The notes beneath the pieces were generated by a model. The model did no database searches. It was not told the origin of the DNA and worked only from the letters and a program-made list of their open reading frames with translations. Shown here piece by piece: positions 1 to 11,851 of a DNA stretch of 64,000 nucleotides; position 1 is the stretch's first letter; the number at the start of each line of letters is the position of its first letter. This DNA comes from Octopus sinensis. Lineage: Eukaryota. A program made the translations under genes and the position numbers. The stretch lies in assembly GCF_006345805.1 (NCBI RefSeq), contig NC_043002.1, forward strand, positions 23,560,001-23,624,000, given 5' to 3'.

Positions 1-425
1 ATGGAAAAACATGCGAGGTAAAATGAGTTAATTTCAGCCAGTATGTGTGTACACAATCTCATAATATTATATAGAGAGAAATATGGTAATGTTACAGAGA
101 AAAGAAAGTGAGTTAGTGAAAGTAAGAATGATGGGACCAAACAAGTGCTTTGTTGGTGGGTTACCATAGTTGTCCCTTTGTGCTTTTTCTCCTACAGATG
201 GCATTTTGTTCAACCAGTCAGCCAGATTTGCAACAAACTGACTTTGACTTACAGAGTTCTTATTTTTATAACTGTCCAAAATCAGCCAGAAGGATAGACA
301 TATTGTTGAGAACAATAGATTTCGTTGGTGGTCTGTTATCTCGCTTTTAGCTTTTGGTGGCCAAGAAGAGGTTAGAAGGGTGAAATGGCAAAGCCATTAT
401 TCTGCTTAGGAATGGCATCTGGCAA

Positions 426-1070
426 ATGTTCACAGAAAAACTATTGTTTTGCTGTGAGAAAAGTGCTGTTGAACTGTTAAGTGAAATTTGGCAATTGAAG
501 ATCGAATCCATGCCATGCTTGAATGAACCACTACAGACCCGTAAATTTGATACAGCGGCTGCGATGGGTATACAAAAACTAAAACATAGAGTTAGGAACA
601 ACGAAATAGCATGCCTCTCCACAAACAAATCCAACAGGATGTTGGTAGACAGCCTGCATAATTACATCAAAAACATGAGAGAAGTTACACCACAGGAATA
701 TGAAAGAATAGAGAAAATTCTCAACACACACATGGGAATGTGGTGTAACAGACTCCAACCTAAGAAGCACGCAGTGCAGAACTTCATAACATCACATAAT
801 GACATCCCTACATTCTATGGATTAAAAAAAGACCATAAGCCCATCGCAGACCCTATTATTGGCCCTCAACAAACCGACCAGTTTGTGGTGCCAATATTGC
901 CAGCAATTATAGGCTATCATATTTCCTCTCACAAGTGTTAAGACCACTCATTGAGATGTCTCCTGGTATTTGTGAAAGCACAGAGGACTCTCTCAGAAGG
1001 GTTAATGAATGTAACCACTCCCACAACCTGTCAAATTGTATGGTAGATAGTATGGATGTGGTATCATTTG
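426..1070 (+). mobile_element. Penelope-like element (PLE) remnant, N-terminal part of RT
   Basis: ORF 426-941 has NKSNRMLV (cf. DKSG/DKGN) and IPTFYGLKKDHK (cf. PLE P.FYGLPKIHK). A downstream frame has ESTEDSL and SMDVV (cf. S.DV..L). Frameshifted. Confidence 0.7.
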
Positions 1071-1419
1071 AACGATTAACTGTTTGACAAAGTGTTTAAC
1101 TTATGATTTTGAAAAACTGGTAAAAAAACGGCTGATCAATAAATTGGTTTACAGAGTAACTAAGCCATTAACTAACAATAACAATAAAGGACTGAACCAG
1201 TGCGTGTGTTTATTATTACTAACATAATGCCTCTCCCAAGGTTCAATAGTATTTCTTTCAACATACAAATTCACATCAAGAAGTTTGCAAACCCAATACA
1301 AATACGAACCATATGTATATGTATGTATGTATGTATAAGCGGACATTAAACGATGATGATGTATGTATGTATATATGTATGTGTGTGTGTGTATACATAC
1401 ACATATATATATATATATA

Positions 1420-1940
1420 TATATAACATGCTTAACATATGTATGTTGTTGAAAACTCAAAGGCTGCAGTTTTCGTCTGGGAAAAATTCTTTTATAGACA
1501 TATTGGGTAAAAAATAAACACAATATGCTTCAGTGGTGGTGGTGGTGGTGGTGGTGGTGGTGGTGGTGATGATGATACTTCACAACATACTTCAGAGCAA
1601 GGCAAAACAAAATCACCCAGAAGTGGCTATGAGAGTATCAGATACATATTTTACTGTTCTCAATATCACATATTCATGTCACTTCCAAAATGAAATTGAA
1701 CCAGCTAGAGTGAATGATACACAGATAGTGTATAAACCAGATACCAGTTTGCAAAGGCACCAAATAAGCAGAATAAAATGTGTATCATGCATTACTAGAA
1801 GCTCTATAGTAAAAACTTTATTAATATAACAAATATAACATGAATAATGTACACATGCAGTTGTAAAGCCAGAAGCTGCAGTTTTTTGTTTGGGAAAAAT
1901 CCCTTTGTAGATGTATTGTCTTAAAAACACCACAGTATAC
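1420..1940. repeat. Diverged ~100-bp direct repeat pair (1420-1525 and 1830-1940)
   Basis: Shared colinear blocks atataacatg, gctgcagtttt, tgggaaaaat. Confidence 0.45.
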
Positions 1941-2139
1941 TTTAGAGTCTGGTGAAATAAAATCACCTAAAAAATAGCTATTTCAAAAGTGCCATGAGAA
2001 CAAGAAATTCAGAAGCCATGACAATGGTGAAAAGTGTATCTGTTGCTCTTGCAGTCACTTCTGAGCCAATTTTGTTTTACCTAGCTCTGAAGTATATTAT
2101 GATATTTTTTAACACAATACATCCAACACAACACTTGTT

Positions 2140-2560
2140 GTCGTCTGTTTTGTAAACTTCAGTTCCTTAAAATCATCCTTTACAATTCTTGCCCGTGTCT
2201 TCTGCTGTGTTTCTTTTACACTGGATCTTTGCACATGAATTCTGTAGCACTTCTTCCCTACCTGTTACCATTCATGCAAATTTCATGCCCACATAAATGT
2301 CACTCAGGCTGTCACTCTGGCACATTAAAAATGATTCCCCTTATACTCAGTTTTCCTCTCAGATCATCTACGTTCATTGCTTAAGCTTAGCATCATTGTA
2401 CATTCTGCAGATCATGCTTGCCTCGTTTCTTTCCAAACCTTCATATAATCTACAGTTAGCATCCACATCTCTCTACTGTATAGCATCACAGTTCATACAA
2501 ATGAATAATCTACAATCCATCGGGAGAGAGAATTTCCTTGTTGTCATCAGAAGCTACATT
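2140..2560 (-). mobile_element. Old RTE-clade LINE C-terminal fragment
   Basis: Minus frame GLERNEASMICRMYN matches KLARNEASMLRWMCN of the younger RTE copies in this window. Heavily decayed. Confidence 0.5.
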
Positions 2561-2984
2561 ATGCTTTCAGTATATCATTACCAACTAATAAAAGTTTCAA
2601 AGTTTCATGCTGTGGAAACACAATAATTAAGCAGATTTATATGTGCCTCCAGGCAATCATTTGGGCTCAAATATACAACATGGCTGGTCTTATTTGAAAA
2701 ACCAGAGAACGATACTGGTTTGTGAGAAGACATGAGAAAAAAATGAGAGGAAGGTGATTGCAAAAGGGGCAATGAGAAAAAGGTGGAACAAGAAAGCAAA
2801 AGGTGAATAAAAATGGAAAAAGAAAGGAAGGAAAGAAAACCAAGACCCGCAACCTCCTTAGTCTGCCAAAATTATAATTAATATAGCAGGTGTAGAATAA
2901 TTCAATGGGGAGGAGACCAACGTCTGTGAGACAACATGCTAGATCTTGAGAGGGTGGTGTCATCTAGTTGACAAAAGAAATTTG

Positions 2985-3300
2985 TCCATGTACTTGCATT
3001 TGCTAAAAAAATCTGATCTGGAATTAAGTAGTGTGCTGCAACTCTTGCATCCCTTCTGTTCATTTACAGAGAGCATGGATTTTTCCACAATGCTTCACTC
3101 AACTATATGTGATATGCAATTGGCCTTCATATTCCATATATGTCTACCCAACTTTGGAGGTTTGTTCTTGTCTTTGAGTTGGAGAGAAGACTTATGTGCA
3201 TCTTCTTTTAAAATTGCCTTTATATAAACCAATGTAATTTTTCTTTTGTATTTCATTCTTTCGAAGTACTGCTGTGACTTCAGCTTCATAAATGACTAAG
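2985..3300 (-). mobile_element. PLE GIY-YIG endonuclease remnant
   Basis: Minus frames give VIYEAEVT...NYIGL (with a frameshift), HKSS, KLGRHIWNMK, LLNSRSDFFSKCKYMDKF, the layout of PLE GIY-YIG domains ending in LN.R.E...CRH..K. Confidence 0.6.
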
Positions 3301-3670
3301 TTTATCAAGCATGTTTGATGAAACTCAGTTGTTTTTGAAAGAAGTACTTGCTAGATGAACTCATTTTTTGTTTACCTTACTCATAACAGAACAGTAAACT
3401 ATATATACATATATAAAATTCATCATTTCATTTTAATGTCCACTTTTAAAATCTTGCATGGGTCAGATGAAGTTCATTGGGATAGATTTTCATCAGCCAG
3501 ATTCCCTTCCTGTTATCAAACCCTTGTCCAAACAAAGTAATATTTACCCATGACCAGACATGTTTCCATAGTATGTTGGAAATAGATGAAACTGCTTGTG
3601 TGATAGTGACAATGATTTACAATTACATGCAATGTCAAGACAAGAACACACACACACACACACACACAGA

Positions 3671-3704
<34 letters not shown>

Positions 3705-3788
3705 TACTTACATGTGGTGTGTATGTATGCTTACATGCATATATATACACCAGATGTGTGTATAGGCATGTGTTGTTAAACATATATA

Positions 3789-4353
3789 TTGGGTTGTCCG
3801 GAAAGTTCGTGCTGATTTATAGTAGCTTACCTTTCGACTTATTTTAGAACATGGTTGAGTCCATAAAATAGGATTTCACTACATCTCAATTTAGAACACA
3901 GTTTAAGCTATCTTTTTGTGTAAGAAGGTTTATGTTCCTATAACCTGTGTCAATTCTGTAACCCTTTAAAATAGAAGATAAGAAAATTTATTTTGGGCAC
4001 TTGATGCTTTGGGAACCAGACAAAAATTGCTGCAGGTCGGCTGGGATGTGTGCCCCCACCCTCCATATTCACCAGATATTGCTCCTTCAGATTTCCACTT
4101 ATTCAGGTCACTGCAGAATAGTCTTAATGGTAAAAATTTCAATTCCTTGGATGATGTAAAAAGATACCTTGACGAATTCTTTTCCATGAAACCACCCCAA
4201 TTCTGGGAAGAGGATATTTTCAAGTTAAAAGAAAGATGGAAACACATTGTGTAACTGAATGGTTCATATTTGGTTGATTAGAAATGTAATGGCAAGTATT
4301 TATTTACCTTTTTCTTTCATTTAAAAATCGGCACAGACTTTCCAGACAACCCA

Positions 4354-4354
<1 letters not shown>
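3789..4354 (+). mobile_element. Internally deleted mariner (566 bp) with both TIRs and TA target duplication
   Basis: Left TIR ttgggttgtccggaaagttcgtgctgattt and right TIR (reverse complement ttgggttgtctggaaagtctgtgccgattt). TA at 3787-3788 and 4355-4356. Internal ORF has HPPYSPDIAPSDFHLFRSL (mariner third catalytic D motif). Confidence 0.9.
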
Positions 4355-4384
<30 letters not shown>

Positions 4385-4430
4385 TGTATGTATGTATGTA
4401 TGTATGTATGTATGTATGCATGTATGTATG
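4355..4430. repeat. (TATG)n microsatellite
   Basis: Direct reading; extends from the mariner TA target site. Confidence 0.95.
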
Positions 4431-5139
4431 AATATGAGCATGTATACATTGCATATATGTATACATAATGATAATGGATTCTTCTATTGATTTTGATGTA
4501 TGAAGGCCTAACAGCATTTCTTTGTTTGGTTTCACTTTTGTCTAACCTCTGATGTCAATGTCTCTTATAACATTTTAATCCAGCTAACAATTTACCAACA
4601 AGTCCACAGACTGGACATAAAAAAAGAATTTTTGTACAAAGAGGCTGATATATTTGTTCAAGACTTTTTCTTTGTTCTCAGTTTTTTAAGATGACCCAAA
4701 TGGCCCGAAATCACAGTTCTTATTAGCTTTACAGCAAGATAGCCTCCATTTGTTGCGAGTCAATACAGTATTTTTTTGTTTTTCAATGGTTGACATTAGG
4801 AAGGACATCCAATCATAGAAACCAGGCAGACGGAGCACTTCGCAGACCCATTAAATACTGTCACAAACAATCAAACCTATGCCGGCCTGGAATTTGGATA
4901 ATGATGATGTTGTAATGGTGGTGGTGGTGGTGGTGGTGATGGGAATCTCGGTTGATCAAAATTTTTCAACTCACTATACTACATTTGTGAAATTCTATCA
5001 CATTTATTTTTACCTTTGGACTACATTGTAAATATTGCAAGGCATTTTCTCTGTCACTCTTTTAGTGATTCTGCCAATCCAATAACAAATACAAGAAAAG
5101 TAATTCTTAAAATTAGTGCTTGATTATCACCACCATTAT

Positions 5140-5140
<1 letters not shown>

Positions 5141-5190
<50 letters not shown>

Positions 5191-5205
5191 TACCACTACT
5201 ACTAT
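5141..5205. repeat. (ACT)n/(ACC)n microsatellite
   Basis: Direct reading. Confidence 0.95.
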
Positions 5206-6223
5206 TTTGTAATACTGTTTTTGAAACAACATTCAGGTAGAAAAAAGTAAGATAAGAGGTGGTTTGCAAGAAATAACAGACAAAACTCCCTCAACATCAC
5301 TCCTTGCTTGTTAAATATAGAAAGATTCACTGAACTGTGTAATCCCTGTTGCATAAATAGATAGGATGGTCAAGACTGGACTACCTTGGATCATATGTCA
5401 GCTGAATCCATTAAGAATAAGCTGAAGTTAAACACAAGGAACTCACCAAAACATGGTGGAAAGAGAGTATGACAGAGAGGGGGAGAATGAAAGAGAGAGG
5501 AGGAGAGTAGTAGAGAGAGGGAGAGCGAGAGATGAAAGTGAAAGCGAGAGGAGAAAGTGAGAGAGAGTGTGTGTTTGTGACATCTGCTTTTACTTTCTTA
5601 AGTGAGGCGGGATTAAATACAGGATTCACAGTGCAGAGGTCTTACTTGTGGTTTGTCATTGGTTGCTTCTTGTTCTGTTTCGTTTTGTGCTGGTTTGTTT
5701 CCGACTGATGGACAGTTGGTGGCTGTTGTGGTATGGTGGTGGTGGTGGTGGTGGAGCGGGAGAGACTTGCTGTGTTGCAGAGAGACTGAGTGGTAAACAG
5801 GGTAGGCGGGAAACAGACAGGATGGATTATAAGTGATGCTAAATAATCCCTTGTGTCTCCTATTATATATGAATTAATTACTGCCGCAAGTACAGCCGCA
5901 GCAACAACCACAACGACAGTCATCACCACCACTGCTGCAACCACAACTGCCATAATTACAATAACACATACAAAGAGAGCTTGAAAGAAAATGAAAATTC
6001 ATGAAACAATAATGTGTGTACGTGTGCATATGTGTATGTGTTTACATGCATGCATGTGTGTATGTGTCTATATGCATATGCACATCTTTATACACTTCAT
6101 GTTTGTTGCAGTATTTTAAGCTGATAAAGCTTGGCATGCTGTCTCTCTCCCCCACTCTCTCTTTCTCTATGTGTGTGTGTGTGTGTGCGTGTGTGTGTAT
6201 GTGTGTATGTGCGTGTTTGTATT

Positions 6224-6255
<32 letters not shown>

Positions 6256-6544
6256 TATGCATACATGTATATTCTTTTATTCTTTTTATAGGCTTCAGCC
6301 CTGCGGCTGTGGCCATGCTGGAGCACCACACATGCAAACACACACGCACGCATACATACAGTGTGAGCAGATTAGCAGGCAGGTGCAGACGTAAAACAAA
6401 GCTCTTGGTCTTTTGTTTCTTCTTTCTTTTCTTTGTTTTAACTAGAGACGTCTGGTTTGTTTTAGAAATCCAAATTGCATGGTTTTTGTTTTGTCAATCG
6501 CTCTGCCTATCAATCCATCCATGTATCTGTCTATAATAACTTCC

Positions 6545-6561
6545 AACATCATCATCATCAT

Positions 6562-6593
<32 letters not shown>

Positions 6594-6679
6594 CCATCAT
6601 CATCATCTTCTTCATCATCATCATCATCATCATCATCGTCACCACCACCACCACCACCACCACCACCATCATCATCACC

Positions 6680-6711
<32 letters not shown>

Positions 6712-6945
6712 CATCGTCACCACCCCACCCCCACCATCATCACCCCAACCCCACCACCACCATCATCACCATCATCATCGTCGTCACCACACCCACCACC
6801 CCACCATCATCACCACCACCACCACCACCATCGTCATCACCACCACCACCACCACCACCACCACCACCATCACCACTACCACCACCACCATCATCATCAT
6901 CATCACCACCATCATCGTCGTCGTCGTCGTCGTAGTCATTGTAGT
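6545..6945. repeat. Compound (CAT)n/(CAC)n trinucleotide tract
   Basis: About 400 bp of CAT/CAC/CGT triplets; source of the spurious poly-His/Ile/Thr ORFs. Confidence 0.95.
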
Positions 6946-7257
6946 CATTTCCATGCTTTCATAGATATGAAGGAGTTTTGCTGAGGCAAGTATTCTGCAG
7001 CCAGATGCCCTTCCTGTCACCAACCCTCACCTCTTTTCAAATAAGGTAACATTTCCTCATCACCTGATGAATAAAGGACACTACTTATATGACAGTAACA
7101 TTTGTTCACAACTATCCCATAATGTCAAGCCAAAGAGAGAGTAACATGTACATGCACACACATTTTATATATATAAATGTGTGTGTATGTGTGTGTATCA
7201 CCATCATCATCATTCTTATGACCATTTAACATTCGCTTTCAATGTTGGTATGGGTTG

Positions 7258-7337
<80 letters not shown>

Positions 7338-7338
<1 letters not shown>

Positions 7339-7530
7339 GGACGCCATGATAGATCGTTAGCTCCTACACGCATTTTTTTCTCTCCTTGTTTTTTTCTGTG
7401 TATCTTTCTGTCGAAGAGCATAGGCTCAAAACGTAAAAGATTTTTTCTATTCCTGAGCGCTATACTAATACATTTGTTTGTTTGTACTCCACCTGCCTTT
7501 GTCTTTTGTCTATTTTCGTAAACATTCCCT
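7338..7530 (+). mobile_element. Short (~190 bp) element flanked by (TA)n on both sides, carrying a hammerhead-like motif
   Basis: Homologous to 18003-18088 (minus) and 54522-54645 (plus): shared aaacgt-aaaga...cctgagcg-ta-actaata...cacctg-ct--gtcttttgt. Confidence 0.6.
7402..7441 (+). ncRNA. Decayed minimal type I hammerhead ribozyme-like motif
   Basis: AUCUUU-CUGUCGA-A-GAGC(AUAG)GCUC-AAAA-CG-UA-AAAGAU: 6-bp stem I, 4-bp stem II, palindromic ACGU at helix III. Core deviates at A6 (U) and G12 (A). Confidence 0.45.
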
Positions 7531-7547
7531 TTATATATATATATATA

Positions 7548-8345
7548 GGTTATGAGGGGTAATGGTGTCAATAAGACCCAAAGGTGTCAGGTAATGCTGA
7601 GTAAGTGCTATGGATAGACCCTAGATAAGCTCCAAGTTTGGTGATTATGCGAATGAGAACTCCAACGTAGGTCATATATCAGCATGTGTATATATAAAAA
7701 ATTCCTTTTTTCAGAATGAGATAAAAAACCAAGGCTGGGAAGATTTTAGAACATTTATAAATAGAAAGCTGTTTCTGGGATATTTTTTTTATATCCCTTC
7801 ATCGGAGACAGTGTGAGAAGATAGTTAATTTAGATAAGATACGAAATAGAGAATGAAGTGGAGGAATGAAAATAAATGTGAGATATCCAGGGATATTGCA
7901 ATTGTAGATCCATTATTTAGGCAGAATGGTAAATAATGCCTAATCAGTACAGTAGTTAATTAACAACTAGGTGTACAGAAAGCAGACTGTTCATGAAAAT
8001 CTACTTGGAGCTCTAACATGTAAGTTTAACAGCAGCAGTTGTACATCTTGGAGCCTATGCAGCAGGTATTTGAAAGGAAAAATTTGACAAGACAGTCAGT
8101 TACCGGCTGACACTCGCTGACGATACATCGGAGAGGCCAGGGAACAGAAGAAAGAAGAAGAAAGAAGACATGCACCCAACACCAGAGCTGAAAACACCTC
8201 CGAAAGGTGGGGCCCCGCCACGTCAAACCGGTAGAGGAGTAGGGGCCGAAACCGGACATGGTTCCTCCTCATGATGTCTTGAGCTAACTGGATCCTATAA
8301 AGGAGCTGTTGTGGTAGCAGACCACGAAACACGGTTGTAATTCCT
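7548..8345. mobile_element. Repeat family member, probably PLE-derived and non-autonomous; the 7548-7740 part is homologous to 14036-14220
   Basis: Shared taatgg-gtca-t-agacccaaaggtgtcaggtaatgctga-taa-tgctat and aatgagataaaaaa-ccaaggctg. Starts at a (TA)n tract and contains hammerhead-like cores. Confidence 0.5.
7765..7809 (-). ncRNA. Hammerhead core remnant (U4C variant)
   Basis: Minus strand GUCU-CCGAUGA-A-GGGAUAU(A7)AUAUCCC-A-GAAAC-AGCU: perfect 7-bp stem II between the two core halves. The cleavage site and 3' stem I strand are missing. Confidence 0.45.
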
Positions 8346-8429
8346 CCTGTGTGTGTGTGTGTGTGTGTGGATACTGGACTGACTTGGCGCTTCAACTCAA
8401 GCACCTAATTCAACTGAATCTTAATTATA

Positions 8430-8687
8430 TAACCCGGAGCCATGTGGTTGGTAAGCAAGCTACTTACCACACAGCCACTCCTGTGCCTATATGTGTATGT
8501 ATCTTTTATCTTTTATATATATATATATACACAACGGGCTTCTTTCAGTTTCTGTTTACCAAATCCACTCACAAGGCTTTGGTCAGCCCGAGTCTATGGA
8601 AGACACTTACCCAAACTGTCACACAGTGGGACTGAACCCTGAACCATGTGATTGGGATGCAGGCTTCTTACCATGCAGTTCTGCCTA

Positions 8688-8690
<3 letters not shown>
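8430..8690 (-). mobile_element. Two 5' fragments of tRNA-derived SINE family A
   Basis: Reverse complements of head gtggctgtgtggtaag...catggttc-gggttcagtcccactg and body tttggtaaacagaaactgaaagaagcccgt; matches the full copy at 43933-44325. Confidence 0.8.
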
Positions 8691-8747
<57 letters not shown>

Positions 8748-8748
<1 letters not shown>

Positions 8749-9108
8749 TAGCACTATGACCCGGCAACGCTGGGTCATAGTGCTAGTGCATGCATATGCA
8801 GCTGCATGCATGCACACATACACGCGAGTACGGTTCAAATCTCCAACCAATCACATACAGTTAGCTGACATTCAATTGGCGTATCAAGTTTCAGGCATTC
8901 TGATTGGGTTTTGGATAGAAAATTCACAAAAAGTCACTTCTATTGATTTTTTAATGGCTTTGCGGGGTGACTGGGAAAATGTAAAGATATGCATGACCAC
9001 CCTTGGACGGTTTTGAATGACCATAGAAAGTGCGAGCCCTCTAACTGAAAAATTGTGGATTTGTATAAAGGATACACAGACAGACAGACATTTTGCCATT
9101 CATATATA

Positions 9109-9112
<4 letters not shown>
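8748..9112 (-). mobile_element. Non-autonomous Helitron (~365 bp)
   Basis: Reverse-complement copy of 19928-20279; 3' hairpin ending CTAG-T; 5' TA-rich end followed by (TGTC)n. Confidence 0.8.
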
Positions 9113-9182
<70 letters not shown>

Positions 9183-10004
9183 TGTATAGATATGTCTGCA
9201 TGTATGTATATATGTGTGTGTGTGTACGTGTGCGTGTGTACGTGTGTATGTGTGTGTATGTATGTATACATACATACATACATACATACATACATACATA
9301 AATATATATATATATATATAGGTAAGTAAAGTTCAGGTAAAAACCTTATAGAATACTCTGCAAAGCTCAGATATTGGCTATGTGATGTCATGATGCAGTG
9401 GAAATGCTGGTGGATATATATGTAATTTTTGAGAATCACATTTGAAAACAGATCCATACACATCAATATATGTCCTTAGACATCAGAAACATCAGAAATG
9501 CAACAAAACCTTAAAATATATAGGTCAAATGAAAGAAGCTCATGGAAAAAGGGCACGCGAAAGGAAATTAACGAAACTTGAGTAAACCAAAAAAACTCAG
9601 CATAAAATATTCTTTATAGCTTCTTCAAAATCTGCTGGAATGCCTGCCTTCCGGATATGTTTATACACCATGCAGTGAAAGAGAAGAACTGATTGAAATT
9701 AGTTATGACTCATTTTATCTCATTTTAAACTGAAAATTGTAAAATTAGACATTAGTGTGGGAGAAAATTGACTTGAAATCCAACAGAGAAAAGAATATTG
9801 ATTGTTAAACACTGACAATTTTTCAGATGTTTTATTAGCAACCTTAATTATAATTCAGTCAAAGTTGAGGAAAAATTTCTTGCAAAGCTGCCTCAGCTCC
9901 ATTTGTCTGCTTTGGCATGGTTTCTCTACCCTTCCTAATGCCATATATATATGTATACATTCATACATATACATATACATATATATATATATATAAATAT
10001 ATAT

Positions 10005-11176
10005 CATCATCATCATCATCATCATCATTTAGCGTCCGTTTTCCATGCTAGCATGGGTTGGACGATTCTACTGGGGTCTGTGAAGCCAGAAGGCTTCATC
10101 AGGCCCAGTCAAATCTGGCAGTGTTTCCACGGCTGGATGCCCTTCCTAACGCCAACCACTCCGTGAGTGTAGTGGGTGCTTTTTACGTGCCACCCGCACT
10201 GGTGCCAGACAGAGCTGGCAAACGGCCACGAACGGATGGTGCTTTTTATGTGCCACCGGCACGAGGGCCAGGCAAGGCTGGCAACGGACACGAAACGGGG
10301 CGGTGCTGGCAACGGTCGCGAAACGGAAAGTTCTCTTACATGCCACCGGCACTGGTAACACATCTGCAATTTCCATTGATCGATTTCCATTGATCGATTT
10401 CGATTCTGATCCTCACTTGCCTCAATGGGTCTTCACAAGCAGAGTTTCGACATGCCACCGGCACTGGTAGCACATCCGCAATTTCCATTGATCGATTTCG
10501 ATTCTGATCCTCACTTGCCTCAACACGTCTTCACAAGTAGAGTTTTGTGTCCCAAGAAGGGAAGGTATGCATACGTAGGCTGGCTCCATCCCATGTAGAA
10601 GGCCACGGGTTGTGGACTCACTTGTCCTGCCGGGTCTTCTCGCGCACAGCACACTTCCAGAGGTCTCGGTCTCTAGTCATTTCCTCAGTGAGACCTAAAG
10701 TTCGAAGGTCGTGCTTCACCACCTCGTCCCAGGGTGTGGCACTTTTTCACACAACTATCTTCAGCCATTCTCGCCACATGACCATACCAGCGCAAACGTC
10801 TCTCTTGCACACCACAACTGATGCTTCTTAGGTCCAGCTTTTCTCTCAAGGTACTTACACTCTGCCGAGTGTGAGTACCGGCATTACACATCCATCGGAG
10901 CATACTGGCTTCATTTCTAGCGAGCTTACGCATATCCTCAGCAGTCACGGCCCATGTTTCACTGCCATGTAGTATGGCTGTTCGTACACACGCATCATAC
11001 AGTCTGCCTTTCACTCTGTGCGAGAGGCCTTTTGTCACCGGCAGAGGTAAGAGCTCTCTGAACTTTGCCCAAGCTATTCTTACTCTAGCAGTTACACTTT
11101 CAGCACACCCGCCCCCGCTGCTGACTTGGTCACCTAGGTAACGGAAACTATCAACTATTTCTAGTTTTTCTCCCTG
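10005..11176 (-). mobile_element. 5'-truncated RTE-clade LINE (C-terminal ORF, 3' UTR, (GAT)n tail)
   Basis: GEKLE..DSF-YLG...KGRLYDACVRTAILHGSETW...LRWYGHVARM; tandem-unit 3' UTR; catcat tail at 10005-10027. Confidence 0.9.
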
Positions 11177-11489
11177 ATATATATATATATATATATATAT
11201 GAATAAAAAATGGAGTTAATGCAGGTGTAATCAAATATTTTTACTTTCGACACATGTTTCAAAAATTCCACTGATGCTATTCAAAAGAATAAATGGTATA
11301 AACAATGCAATCTTCTCCTCAGGAAAGTGAAAAAAACGAAACTCGTCAATACCTTTATAAACAAGGAGTTACAACACCTTTACTTGTGAGATTTTTGCTG
11401 CCCTGGTAACTATTTATTTATCTTTTCCGTGTTATTTGTTAACAAGGTAAAATTACACTCATCTATTTATATATATATGGTGGGATGTA

Positions 11490-11816
11490 ATATATATATA
11501 TATATATGGTGGGATGTAAAAAGCACCATCCGAACGTGGCCGATGCCAGCGCCGCCTTGGCTGGCATCCGTGTCGGTGACACATAAAAGCACCAACAGAT
11601 CGTGGCTGTTTGCCAGCCTGCTCTGGCCCCTGTGCCAGTGGCACATAAAAAGCACCCACTATACTCACAGAGTGGTTGGTGCTTGGAAGGGCATCCAGCT
11701 GTAGAAACACTACCAGATGTGACTGGTGCCTGGTGCAGCCTCCTGGCTTCCCAGACCCCAGTTGAACCGTCCAACCCATGCTAGCACAGAAAATGGACGT
11801 TAAACGATGATGATGA

Positions 11817-11820
<4 letters not shown>
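11490..11820 (+). mobile_element. RTE 3' UTR fragment with (GAT)n tail
   Basis: ...aaaagcacccactatactc...ccaacccatgctagcacagaaaatggacgttaaacgatgatgat. Confidence 0.85.

Positions 11821-11849
<29 letters not shown>

Positions 11850-11851
<2 letters not shown>

Noticed and set aside
6442-7023. ORFs encoding poly-His, poly-Ile/Thr or poly-Met/Val
   Set aside because: They are translations of a CAT/CAC microsatellite, open in several frames on both strands, with no splice or domain support.
11310-11350. ctcaggaaagtg...cgaaactcgtc hammerhead-like string (similar weak strings near 4690-4715 and 62410-62450)
   Set aside because: Core mismatches and no stem I pairing; not distinguishable from chance by eye.
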